The notes under the pieces were generated by a model, which made no database searches, was not told the origin of the DNA, and saw only the letters and a program-made list of their open reading frames with translations. From Malacoraja senta (lineage: Eukaryota), in the NCBI GenBank assembly GCA_038087875.1, contig CM075989.1, positions 7,442,001-7,506,000 of the forward strand: DNA of 64,000 bases, in the 5' to 3' direction. A program made the position numbers and the translations under genes. This document shows, in pieces, positions 39,181 to 51,354 of the stretch (the first letter of the stretch is position 1; every line of letters begins with the position of its first letter).

Positions 39181-40999
39181 ATAAATTGTTCAAAGAAGGT
39201 TCAGTTCGGTGTCATGAGGCTTTGCTGAATCTGTTGCCAGAGATACAGATGTTACAGGCTACATCTGTGCAAACACTGGTCAGGTACAGAGCACGGAGGA
39301 TAAAGGCCACCCTGTCACTGACTGCACTTGTTTAGAAGAACATTCTCAGGCACTGATTCATTGGCTCAATGTGCCATTGGAAACATTCCCTGTTTTTTAT
39401 AGAAACTGTTCAGACACTGGTTTTGAGTTTCGAACCAAGATTTTTCAAATTCGGCTCACTAGACTGTGTCTGTGAGGTTGTCAGATTTGTGCTTGTGTCC
39501 TATTGTTTCACTGACTGAATGTTTTCAGCTGGGAGGTGACTGTATTCCTTTAGAAGACTTGGTACAATTTTTAGGAGTGGGGACTCCTGAAAATTGCTCA
39601 TTCTGGGTACACTACAGTCCTCTATCTTAGAACTGTACTGACCATTGAGAGAAATCAGTGCAAAATTATTCATTTCATCAGGCAAATATCTCACTGTCTT
39701 TGATTTGCATATAAACATATGTCAGCAAAACAAGTCCTTGGATTCTGGCTGCATACTTTCCAGAAATGTACAGGTCTGCCGACTGACCCCATGTGTGTCA
39801 TGCCAGCATCATTGCACAATGATTCAATTACATTATATTGTCACATGTACCTAGGTACAGTGAAATGCTTTGTTTTGTGTACAAGCTGGTAAAATCATGC
39901 AGCAGACCTCACCGAGGCAGTACATGTGTTTCTGCGGCCAACAAAGTTACAAAAAGGTCAAAGAACAGTTTTATCTTCTGCTCGCGGCGGCGAACCGGGC
40001 CTGCCACCACACATGGCCGCAGGCGGCCCCCTGCCGGGTCCCCCCTTTGTTCTTGGCGGAGCGGATCCCCCTATGCTCTCAACTCTCCACCGTGCTCACC
40101 ATGCTCATGGATACCTGTATGCCCAGAGGGTTATGAATCCCTGGCATTCTTTGTACCTGTAGACTTGTTCAAGCGCATCAACTTAAAAATAGCGGAGTCA
40201 GGGGATATGGGGAGAAGGCAGGAACGGGGTACTGATTGGGGATGATCAGCCATGATCACATTGAATTGCGGTGCTGGAGCTTTGCCCTACCATTCAATAT
40301 GATAATGGATCAGTCCCAGGTCTTATCTCATCTGTACCAGTTCCCCATGGCCCTCAAATTACTCATATTTCAAAAATGTATTTTTGTTCTTTTTAAAAAA
40401 CAAAAATGTTCTAGTCGTATTTCAGAAATTCATCGGCCAGCATTTTCTTTTTTTTTTAAATATTGGGGAGTGTTTTGTTGGTATCCAGAACCAACCACTA
40501 TTCGACTTCTGATTTCTGAAAATAATTCTTCAATTACTGGAATATTGATAATGTTTTTGGAACTCAATGTATGTTTTTTTTTTTGTATTATATGTTTACT
40601 TACCTGAGTATAATATTCACCATTTGAAATACGTGAGTTTTCTCCGGTGCATGAAGTTCAATTGACTTCCTCCAAGATGTTCCTCAGAGCCCAGATATTT
40701 GACCGCGATCTTTGGTTCTCAAATGTCATGTTACATTAAGTGCTGGAGAAGCTCAGCGGCAATTTATGCACAACATGAAAATGGCCAGGCATATTGTTTA
40801 AGCGTCTGTGTTCAGTGACTGTAAATATTACCCATGACACAATGGAGAGCTCCTGTCAAAATAATGTCATGGGATCCATTTGGGAGGTACTTGCATCCTA
40901 GAATTGTGTTATCTACTTTCTGGGAATAGTCCTTAAACCCACAACCTCTGGCCACAGGCAAGGAAGCTACAGACTGGGCCTGCATTGCCACATCTTTAG

Positions 41000-41092
41000 G
41001 TAAACACAAAATGCTGGAGTAACTCGGCGGGACAGGCAGCATCTCTGGAGAGAAGGAATGGGTGACGTTTCGGGTCAACACCCCTTCTTCAG
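41000..41092 (-). mobile_element. Short Penelope-tail element with hammerhead-like motif
   Basis: 10-bp TSD ACATCTTTAG; minus strand CTGAAGAAGGGGTGTTGACCCGAAACGTC. Confidence 0.75.
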
Positions 41093-41794
41093 ACATCTTT
41101 AGTAATTTAAAAAAATAAGTTTGATGTTATGCCTTGTTTATTTAAACAGAAACTTGAAGCAGATCATTTCTGGCACTTGAATACATAATCCAGGCTAACA
41201 GGGGCAGTGTTGAGGAACCGTTCAATGATGCTTTTATTGTTACATGTGCAAAGTGCTGACACCGTGAAATTATTTTTCTTACAAACAGCCCAGTAGGGTA
41301 TTGCCATACCGCTGATCCTCGATTAGCAAACATACAGAAATAGTCCCCGCATGCAAGAGGCACCATGCTTTAGCGCCATTTTCGAAATTCACGTACTAGT
41401 TCTTATGAGCGGTGCCAGTTCCAGGCGAGTCCCAGGCTGGTGGGGGCCTACAGCCATCTCCTTCCTTGCACGCCACGTCCCTCTCCTCGCCCATCCATCT
41501 TTGTTCCCTGGGGGAGCCGGGCACGGTGGGCCAGAGCCCCGGTTCCCTCCCCTCTCCTACCGGCCTCGCTCCTCGCCGTCACGTCCGTCGTCACTGGCTC
41601 CATCCTCCCGGTCGGTCACTGGTCTTTAGGGGACGAGCAGTGGCAGTCTCGGCACGCTCCCCGTTCCAGTTCAGTGGTCTGTTTGGTCTGGTCAGCAGGG
41701 GACTGGCTTGGTGGGTTCCCCGCGAAGCCGCCTTCCGCCAGGTCTTCCGTTCGACCGCAGGGGCTCGGCGCAGGCTTGTTGATTGAAATCTAGA

Positions 41795-42320
41795 CTCAAG
41801 GAACTGCAGATGCTAACTAACAAAAAAGGCACGCATTGCTGGAGTAACAGAGCAGGTTTGGCAGCATCCCAGGACGAGATGGATAGGTGACATTTAGAGT
41901 TGGAACTGTTCTTCAGACTAAACATAGTAGGGAGAGAAAGCTAGGAGAGAGGTAGGGATGAAAGGAAGCCAGGCAAGTGAGAGGTGGATGCAGGTTTGGT
42001 TTGCCGATGGGTGGACAAAGGTCAGGCATGAAAAGAAGACAAAAGGTTGTGAGATAATGAGAAAGGCATGAAATGTGAAGCCAGAGGAAGGAATATAGGT
42101 GGAGGAGAGTAGGGGGAATGAAAAATAGGGGTGGGATAATAGGAAAAATGGGTGAGCATTGGGTGGGGCTCAGAGATGGGGAGTGGGGCAGTGGGGGGTT
42201 TGGGTTGTTATCTAAAAAGGGAGAATTCAATGCTCACACCGTTGGGTTTTAAGCTACCCATGCAGAATATGAACTGTTGTTCCTCCAGTTTGCACGTAGC
42301 CTCACTCTAGCAATGGACCT
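41795..42320 (-). mobile_element. Penelope-like element 3' end
   Basis: Minus strand EATCKLEEQQFIFCMGSLKPNGVSIEFS, then a UTR, a degenerate CTGAAGA motif and the family tail. Confidence 0.8.
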
Positions 42321-43025
42321 TAACAATGACAAGACCTAGCATTGACCAGACGACTGTTTTGCTGAACACTTGACTCGGTCCACCTAGGCCTGCTGGATTT
42401 CTGGTTGTTGACCATTGTAATTCCCCTTCCCAATCCACTACCAACCTTTCTGTCCTGGGCCTCCTCCATTGTTGACCCAAAATGTCGCCAATCCACGTCC
42501 ACCAGGATGCTACCTGACGCTGAGTTACTCCAGCATTTTATGCCTTTATTTGAAATCTACTTAATTATTAACTAGGACAGAATCTACAATCTATAAAGAG
42601 CAGAAGCCTTTTAAGGAGAATATCTTTGAGTTAAAATGAGTTTAAATTAACCTTTGATTGCAAAATGCATTTCCAAAGCAAGAGAGCCACAAAGTTGTGG
42701 ATTTCCTGAGCTCCTCGAATCTTGCATTGGGGAAAAAAGGTCAACGAGCAGTGGGGTTTGTCTTTCTCAGAAGATCAGAAAGATGGGAGAGAAACACGGA
42801 GCCAGATTGTAAAAATTATCATAAGGCACAAGGGACTGCAGATGATGTAATCCAGAGCAAAACAAGCTGCTGGAAGAACTGGACGGGTCAGGCAGCATCT
42901 ATGGAGGAAAGGGGAAAGTTGACATTTCAGGTCAAGATCCTTCACTGGACTGCAATACAAATCTCAGAGGGGGAGGAATGAGAGAGTGTCTCACAGAACC
43001 CCTATCCAAGGGAAGAGGAGAACAT

Positions 43026-43364
43026 TGTAAATAAGCAAACTGTTAATCTGGAGTTCAAGATCATCTTTAATCAGTACCCATAGTATAGCGGTACAGCAGG
43101 TTGTTAGTTGTTAGTTCATCGTTACCGCTTCCAAGACTGACCAGTATAGGAAGTGGGTGTTAGTATGAATCATACAGTAAGGTGGGGTTAGTGATGCTAT
43201 TTCTACTATGATTGGTTCACATACAATAACCAATCTACATCCTTCCCCGTAAAGAGCGAATATAGTTAAACACACATGCAGCTAGAATTCAAACATACTC
43301 GCCATATCTGTCAGGCGGTCTGCTAATACGGCCTGAACGCGTACGGACCAACCCCTCCATGGCG
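43026..43364 (-). mobile_element. Gypsy-type LTR retrotransposon 3' fragment: integrase tail, PPT and 214-bp LTR
   Basis: The minus strand reads MEGLVRTRSGRISRPPDRYGEYV* (stop at 43289-43291), then PPT ACGGGGAAGGA (43240-43250), then LTR TGTA...TACA (43239 to 43026) containing ATTAAA. Confidence 0.8.
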
Positions 43365-43570
43365 ACCTTTTTTTACTCGCGGGCATTTTTTAACATATTG
43401 AAAAAACCGCCACGGCCTAGCTGAGGCCTTGAGTACGCGGAGACCACTCTCGAGCATGAAGGAGAGTTACGAAGACCTTCTACGACCTCGTGTCGACCAT
43501 GCTGCGAGTATGAGTCGAGGGAAAACTCACCAGAACTCGCGGATTAGGTCGCCCAAGTGGGACAGGCCCT
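43361..43570. mobile_element. Harbinger-type MITE lacking its left TIR
   Basis: Right TIR GTGGGACAGGCCCT followed by TTA. The internal sequence is related to the 8262 copy; the left end is replaced by the Gypsy fragment. Confidence 0.75.
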
Positions 43571-44367
43571 TTAGTTTTAATATGCTTCTTAACATGTTGA
43601 CGGCTTTTTACTGAATATGGAGTTAGTTATTGTTAGTTATGGAGAATAACCCATAGCATGTGTCTATGGGTTATTTAGATACTACTTTGGCATTGGGCTT
43701 AGTTTTCTTGGTTGTGCACTTAATCTGTTGTTATAGCATAAGTACTTTGTATTTTAATAGTAATTTAATTTACCGTAATTAGTAAAACAATGCATTTTAG
43801 TTTGTGGGCAAAATGTTCCCACATCGTCATCAATGGAGTACCTTGCACAATGCATTGCAATACAGTTGGCAAATGCTGTGATCATGGCTGGAAACTCAGA
43901 TGGCCTGGGCTGACGCAGTTGCTGTGAGACGCTGTGGTGGGAGGACTTCAGGGACTTGAACCTTGCAGCTGAAGTCTGGAAACTTGTGCTCAGATCCAGC
44001 TTCCTGCTCTGCTGAAAGGATGTGTGCGCTCATTGTCAATGCCGTTTTTTTTTTAAATTCTCCCGAAGATTTTAAAGAATGATATTTCAAAGGCGCAGGA
44101 GGGGAAAATGGAAGCTCTCGGCTGCCGATCTGGATTTAAAAATAAATGTTGAGATTTGTTGGAGCTCTGATGCACAGCCGCACCCAAAGTATGAGGCCAT
44201 CCGTCACCATGTGGTGGTGATTGAAAGCATCTTTCAGACCCCCCTTTCACAACTTCCCACTCGTATTATTTGCGGGTCTTTTTGCTGCTGTATTTCGTTA
44301 AACATGGCAGTTATTTTATGCGCAGAAAGCTTCCACCATCACCATGTGACAACAGCCAGAACCTTGG

Positions 44368-44980
44368 CTGCACCGTGGTGCTGCGGTAGAGTTGCTGCCT
44401 CAAGCCGCCAGAGACTTGGATTCAATCCTGGCTACGAGTGCTGTCTGTGTGGAGATTTTACATTCTCCCTGTGACCTCATGGGTTTTCTCCGGGTGCTCT
44501 GGTTTCCTCACATATTCCAAAGACATGCATGTTTTTTAGGTTAATTGGCTTTGGTAGAGTCATAGAGTGTGGAAACAGGCCCTTCGGCCCAACTTGCCCA
44601 CACTGGCCAACATATCCCAGCTACAATAGTCCCACCTACCCGCGTTTGGTCCATATCCCTCTAAACCTGTCCTATCCATGTACCTGTATGTTTCTTAAAT
44701 GTTGAGAGAGTCCCTTCCTCAACTACGTCCTCTGGCAGCTTGTTCCATACCCCTCAGATTCCTATCAAATCTTTTCCCCTTCACCTTAAACCTATGTCCT
44801 CTGTTCCTCACCTACTCTGGGCAAGAGATCTACCCGATGTATTCCTCTCATGTGGAATTGCCCCTCGTGCGTTGGATGTGAAAGTGGGATAACACAGAAT
44901 TTACGTATGGGCGATCGACGGTCAGAATGGACTTGGTGGGCCGAGGGGCCTGTTTCCACGGTGTATTTCTAAATTCTAAA
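44368..44980 (+). mobile_element. HE1-like SINE interrupted by an inverted CR1 tail (about 44555-44850)
   Basis: The SINE halves flank reverse-strand CR1 3' sequence. Confidence 0.75.
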
Positions 44981-45669
44981 AGTTGAGTGAGAAATAAATA
45001 TTGGACTGGCTGCTTGTAATAAAGCTCCTGTCTGAAATATAGTCATAGAATTGTAGACGAGAAAAGTGTAGAAGTAACGGAGCATTCCTGATGGGCAACG
45101 TTTCAGGTCGGGTCCCTTCTGCAGTCACTTATCCATATTCCCCAGAGATGTTGCTTGACCCGGTGAGCAACTCCCGCATTTTGTGTTGTTTTTGGTAAAC
45201 CAGCATCTGCTGTTCGTTGTATCGCCATAGAATCATAGAGCTACCCCACATGGAATCAGGCTCAGTGGCCCAACTCATTCATGCTGTCCAAGATTCTTAA
45301 GTGGGCTGATCCCGCCTGCCCATGCCTCACCCATATCCCTCCAAACTTTTACTATCTATGCATCTGAAAAGTTCCTTTGGCACTTTGGCAGCTCGTTCCA
45401 TGCTCCACCCCACTATGGGGAGAAACAATTGCCACTCTGGTCCCTTTTAAATCTTTTCCTTTTCATCTTAAACCTATGCCATCTATCCTGGGGGGGAAAT
45501 GTGGCTGTTCACCTTGACTATGTCCCTCATGATTTTATATCTCTATAATGTCACCCCTCTGCCTCTTCTGCACCAGAGAGAAAAGGCCAGTCTATCCACC
45601 ATCTGCTTATAGCTCAAATGCTCCAAACATCCTCAGATCATTAAGAGACAATGGTGTTTAATCGCCAGG

Positions 45670-45804
45670 TGTGTAGGAAGGAACTGCAGATGCTGGTTTA
45701 AACCGAAGATAGACACAAAATGCTGGAGTAACAAAATGCAGGACAGGCAGCATCTCTGGAGAGAAGGAATGGGTGACGTTTCGGGTCGAGACCCTTCTTC
45801 AGAC
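45670..45804 (-). mobile_element. Short Penelope-derived element with an intact minimal hammerhead core
   Basis: Minus strand GTCTGAAGAAGGGTCTCGACCCGAAACGTCACCC followed by the roughly 100-nt family tail ending GCAGTTCCTTCCTACAC. Confidence 0.75.
45771..45804 (-). ncRNA. Minimal hammerhead ribozyme motif
   Basis: CUGAAGA, stem II GGGUC-UC-GACCC, GAAA, then C-GUC (cleavage triplet GUC). Stem III is the palindrome ACGU. Activity untested. Confidence 0.65.
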
Positions 45805-46754
45805 AGATCTCAGACATCCTCAGATCATTTTGGCACCCTTTATTAGATGTTTTCTAGAGTAGTGACCATAACTGGACACGATAATCCACTATTGCTGACA
45901 CTTTATATTTAGTTGAATTAAACTCTATTTGCCATTCCTCGGCCCATTGGTCCAGTTAATCAACATCCTGTTGTAATCGTGGATGACTTCATTCATTGTC
46001 CACTACACTACCAATTTTAATGTCATCCACAAACTAACTTACCATGCCACCTACATTGGCATCCAAATCCACTTGTTGCAGTCCTCCATGCAACATGCTG
46101 ATGAATCTCTTCCACATCGTTTCCAACTTAGTGACAACCTTTCCATAGTTCGGTGACCAGAACTGTGCACATTACTCTCCAAGTGTCATCTTACCAATGA
46201 CTTATGCAATTAGAAACATAGAAAATAGGTGAAGGGGGAGGCCATTCGGCCCTTCGAGCCTGCACCGCCATTCATTGTGATCATGGCTGATCATCCACAA
46301 TCAATAAGTCGTGCCTGCCTTTTCCCCATATCCCTTGATTCCGCTAGCTCCTAGAGCTCTATCTAATTGCATTATGATGATCAAGAGCTGACACACTGAC
46401 CGGCTCAATGCAAGCGAAATGTTGTTTCTTGAAAGCATTAATCGCGAATTGTTTATAATTTAACAAAAAAGGAATTACAGATCTTGCTGAAACGAATTTG
46501 TAGCTTATTGATTTGGCTGTATGAGTGTTCACTGCATCCTGTTTAGAATTATAGAAATTTATATCACAAATAATAACCATCAATTCGCAGTCTGAAAAGC
46601 TCATGAGGTTTTCTGTGCCTTCATGAAAATAAATCTTCTAAACTGACCCGATCTAAGGTATCAGTTAGTCTAGATTCAAAGAACTATAGCTGATTCTTAA
46701 CTGCCCTCTGACATAGCAGAGAAAGCCATTTATTTCAAAGGGAACTAGGGCTTG

Positions 46755-47195
46755 TTTGGAGTATTGTGTGCAGTTCTGTTGCCCTAGGCAGGATGCAGAG
46801 GCTTTGGAAAGGGTGCAGATGATGTCTAGCAAAATGATGCCTGATTAGAGGGTATTAGCTAAAGAGGGAGCTTTGGACAGACTTGGGTTGTTTTCTCTGG
46901 AATGCCTGAGGTTGCATGGAGACCTGATAGAAGTATATCAAATTATGATCAACATAGATAGGATGGACAATCAAAATCTTTTCCCAGGATGTAAAAATCA
47001 AATACTAGAGGGCGTAGGTTTAAGGTGAGAGGGACAAGGTATAAAGGTGACGTGCGGGGCAACTTTCTTTACACAGAGGGTGGTGAGTGACGGAAAGGTG
47101 CTCTTGGGGTTGGTGATTGAGACAGATACAATAGTGGCATTTAAGAGACTTTTAGATATCCACATGGATTTGCAGGGATTAGAGGGATATGGATG
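46755..47195 (+). mobile_element. Decayed CR1 3' fragment
   Basis: TGGAGTATTGTGTGCAGTTCTG... and CR1 C-terminal-region similarity. Confidence 0.75.
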
Positions 47196-47263
47196 AAACA
47201 GGTCTCGACCTGACATGTCGCCCATTCCTTCACTCCAGAGATGCTGCCTGTCCCGCTGAGTTA

Positions 47264-47468
47264 AGGGCCTGTCCCACTTTCACGATCTAATTCACGACCT
47301 TTTTTACTCATGGACATTTTTCATCAGGCTAGAAAAACGCCCCGACCTACTTGATGCCACGAGTACCTACGACTAGCATCACGACCTACCTACGACCTCG
47401 TGACGACCATGCTGCGAGTATGAGTCAAGGGCAAACTCGGCAGAGGTCGTGAAAGTGGGACAGGCCCT
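47264..47468. mobile_element. PIF/Harbinger-type MITE, near-identical to 8262-8478
   Basis: Same TIRs, flanked by TTA and TAA, inserted in the GAGTTA|CTCCAGC site of a Penelope-tail element. Confidence 0.85.
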
Positions 47469-47711
47469 TAACTCCAGCTTTTTGTATTTATCTAGAAAGA
47501 TATGGAGGTTGTGCTGCTTGAGAGGAGTTGGGCTTGGCATCATGGTCGGCAAAGACATTGTGTGCCACATGTCTTATGCTGACCTGGTCTCTGTACTAAA
47601 GCAATAAATGCACAAATTGTCAGTGGCATCCAGCATCCTAAAATAGAAACATGAGAACACCGATTCCCTCAGAGAAATGTTTTGTTCTGACACTCTGGTT
47701 TTACTTTTCAG

Positions 47712-47778
47712 ATTAGCCAAGAGAACTGGTGTCCTACTCCCGCGCTGGTCCAAGCAAAGCAGAGTCCCGACACAGCTG
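47712..47778 (+). CDS. AKAP13: AKAP13 internal exon, ISQENWCPTPALVQAKQSPDTA(G)
   Basis: Acceptor ttacttttcag| and donor G|gtgagt. The phase-0 start matches the 30222 donor. The peptide resembles recalled human AKAP13 INRENWCTIEPCPDAASLLASKQSPEC, which directly follows ...VVLLK. Confidence 0.85.
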
Positions 47779-48059
47779 GTGAGTAAACATGTAGAGACGA
47801 CATCTTTCACCAAGGTGGACAATGGCAAGAATAGGATGATGATTGAATTCTGAAATCTGCTTTGCTGGTGACGGATGTTGATGAACAACTGCAGTTATCC
47901 AGTGATGCAGATATAATGCAAGATGATTCAAAATCAAAGAAGTTGAAAATAAAAAATACAAACTGAAAATGCTGCCAATACTGATCAGGTCATGTTGCGT
48001 CTTTGGGGAGAGACACAGAGTTAGCGTTTCCTGAAACAAAGAAATGGAGGACAAATCGA

Positions 48060-49865
48060 TCATGGGTTTTTTTTGCGTCAGTCTTCGCAGCGGAAGACAC
48101 CAGCGACATGCCAGAAATTCAAGAGAGTCAGGGATCAGAGGTTAGTGGAGTTGCTATTAAAAAGGAGAAGGTGCTTGGGAAGCTGACAGTTCATAAGTGG
48201 AGCAGAAGGAGGCCATTCATTCCATCGAGTCTACTCCCCCATTCAATCATGGCTGATCTTTCTCTTCCTCTCAACCCCATTCTCCTGATTTAGCCCCATA
48301 ACCTTTGCCATCCTTGCTAATCAAGAAACAAAAATCTGAACTAGAAGTTCTGATAGTGAATAAGTCACCTGGACCAGATGGATTATAACCCAGGGTTCTG
48401 AAAGGGCTTAGAGATGGTGGAAGCATTAATAATGATCGTTCAACAGTCACTAGAATCAGGAGTGGTCCCAGATGACTGGAAAATGGCAAAAGGAGCTCCG
48501 TTGTTCAAGAAGGTGCAAGGCAAAAGAGGGGAACACTGTAGGCCCATTAGCCTGACTTCAGTGATCGGTGAGATTTTACAGTTCATTATTAAGAATAAGG
48601 TTTCCAAGCACTTAGAAGCACATGATAAAATAGGCCAAAGTCAACGTGTTTTTGTCAAGGTGTGACCTTACCTGACAAACCTGTTGGAATTCTTTTGAGG
48701 AACTAAATAGCAAAGCCAAAGAAGAGTCAGTGGATGCTATTTACTTGGATTTTCAGGCCTTTGATAAAGTGTCACAAGTGAGGGTGCTAAACGAGATGAG
48801 AGCCAATGGTATTAGAGGAAAGATACTAGAACGGATAGAAGGTTGGCTGAATGGAAGAAGACAAAAAAATGGGAATGAAGACGGCCATTTCTGGTTGACT
48901 GCTGGTGACTAGTGGTGTTCTGCAGGGGTTGGTGTTGGGTCCACTACACTACAGGTTGTATATCAATGATTTAGATGAGGGGATTGATGGTTGTGGCCAT
49001 GTTTGCGGATGATACAAAGATAGGTTGGTGGGACAGGTAGTGTACAGGAAGCAGGGAGTCTGCAGAATGATTTGGGCAGGTTGGGAGAGTTGCCCAAGAA
49101 GTAGCAGATGGAATACAGCGAAGCAAAGTGTGCGGACAAACACTTTGGTAGAAGGAATAAACGTGCAGAATATGTTCTAAATGGGGGAGAGGATTCTGAA
49201 ATGGAAGGTGCAAAAGGACTTGGGAGCACTGGTGCCGGGTTCCCAAAAGATATATTTATGGGTTGAATTGGTGGTAAGGAAGGCAAATGCAACATTGGCA
49301 TTCATTTCGGGAGGACCAGAAAATAAAAGGTGGCAATGCTGCGACTTTATAAGGCACTGGTCAGACCACATTTGGAGTGTTGTGAGCAGTTTTGAGCCTC
49401 ATGTCTGAGGAGGGATTGAAGAGTGTCCAAAGGAGGTTTAAGAGAATGATCCTAGGGATAACTGGGTTAACGTAATCTGAGCGTTTGATGGCTCTGGGCC
49501 TGTACTCGCAAGAGTTTAGAAGGGCGGAACTCATTGAAACTTTAACAAATAGTAAAAGGCCTGGATAGAGTGAATGAGGAGAGGATGCTTCCACTAGTGG
49601 GAAAGTCTAGGACCAGAGGACACGGCCTCAGAATAAAAGGAAGTACCTTTCGAAAGGAGATGAGGAGAACTTTCTTTAGCCAGAGGGCTGCAGAGACCAT
49701 CATTGGGTATTTTTAAAGCGGAGATCGACAGGTTCTTGATTAGTAAAGGTGTCAAAGGTTACAGAGAAAAAGGCAGGTGAATGGGGTTGAGAGGGAAAGA
49801 TAGATCAGCCATAGACTCGATGGAGTGAATGGCCTAATTCTGCTCCTATGGTTTATGAACCTATG
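48060..49865 (+). mobile_element. Decayed CR1 LINE with an inverted CR1 tail inserted at about 48190-48340
   Basis: Motifs VVPDDWKMA, RPISLTSV, AIYLDFQAFDKV, and a CR1 3' tail; many frameshifts. Confidence 0.9.
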
Positions 49866-51331
49866 AAGATCCTTTGTCAGAACTGAGAAAGGAGACAAAG
49901 GAAGTTTGTTATGCTGCAGGGAGGGAGATGTTTCTCATCAGGTGAAACCGGGATTACCATGGGGATAAGTTGAAAACAAAGTTACCTGGTCAGTGAGGGG
50001 ATGTGGGCAGAGAGAGGGTGTGAGCATAGACAAAAGAATGTGTGAGGGTGTGTCTAGCAGGTCAGGCTGAGCAGGTGTTCCACTGTCAAAGAAAAGGGGA
50101 TAAAAAACAAACTGAGGTAATATCACTGAAGGATGATGAAATCAGACAAAGAAAGCTGATGACCTGATGGTGTAGAATGTAACAGTGGCTCTTGAAGGCT
50201 GCATTGTGCCCAGATAGAAGATGAGGTTGCTGTTCTTCAAGCTTGTGTTAATTAAATATTTTAAAATTTCAAGATTCCCCATTGCAAACAGTATTATTCT
50301 GTCCAATTGATCCAGTGCTGATCTTAAGGTACATGTTGAGAAATCAAGAGTTGGTGCAGTTGTAACAACCACCAAGCTGTGACTTCGAATATTTAATAAA
50401 GAGAGGTGCTAAACGTTTGGTGTAAAAGATATTATGGATCTAGGATGAAAGAGAATGTGCTCATAAAGTTTCTTTCTTGACTTCGCAAAGTATTTAAGAG
50501 TCCATTAAAAACTTCATTAAGAGCAGCCATTAACTTCCGCATACAGGAATGTGGCAATAACTAAGCAGTTTCAGGGATAAAACACTGTTTCCTTCTGCAT
50601 TTTCCCACCACCATACTTTTTAATCCCGATTTTCCCCAAAATACTTGCAGTTAAAACTCAAACTTGGAGGTATGTCGGCGGTACTACTAAATTAATTAAC
50701 GGAAAAAATAATTAACAGATGAGTTCCTGAAAATAAATGATCCCTTGGTCTTTTTCAACTGGGCCAGGTTCAGCTGCGAATAACAGACTGTTTTTGAACA
50801 TTGAAAAGAAAGTATTTTTCCTACTTCTGATGAAAATCTTCATCAATGTCTCTCGAGGTCACCCTTTGTTCTATTAAATACAAACGCTTCCATTTTTTGT
50901 GTCTGAAGTTATGCGTTTTTTGGAACTTTTCATGGGATGTAATTCTCTGATGTTAATATGACTCCTCATTTCTGATGGGTGTCTTACCAGTGGAGTGGCA
51001 TACTCTGTCTGGACTAGGGTTGGAACCATTATTCTATTAAAAAAAAGTTGTTTGAACAGTCCAGTTGCCACCCTATCCCTTGGGGCTATTTGTCTCACTG
51101 TGGATATGATCTCATGAATAGTTAGTTCAGAATTTCTAACTCTGCACTACTTTGAACTTATTCCAATATTTTTTTTTTAAACACTTGTTATGTTCCACAT
51201 AAATTTTTTTGTGATTGCAACTTTCTTTCCAACTTGAGTCATGGAACAAAGTTGTCCATGAGGATTTTGAAAGGCTTGACCATGGATAAGTGCTCAAGCC
51301 ATTATACTTTTGGATCTATTTTGTTTCTCAG

Positions 51332-51354
51332 CTGTTTTCTGGATAGATAAGCAG
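51332..51354 (+). other. Candidate 23-nt micro-exon
   Basis: Acceptor ttttgtttctcag| and strong donor CAG|gtaagg in repeat-free DNA. It is open (A)VFWIDKQ after the phase-1 end at 47778. Confidence 0.25.
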
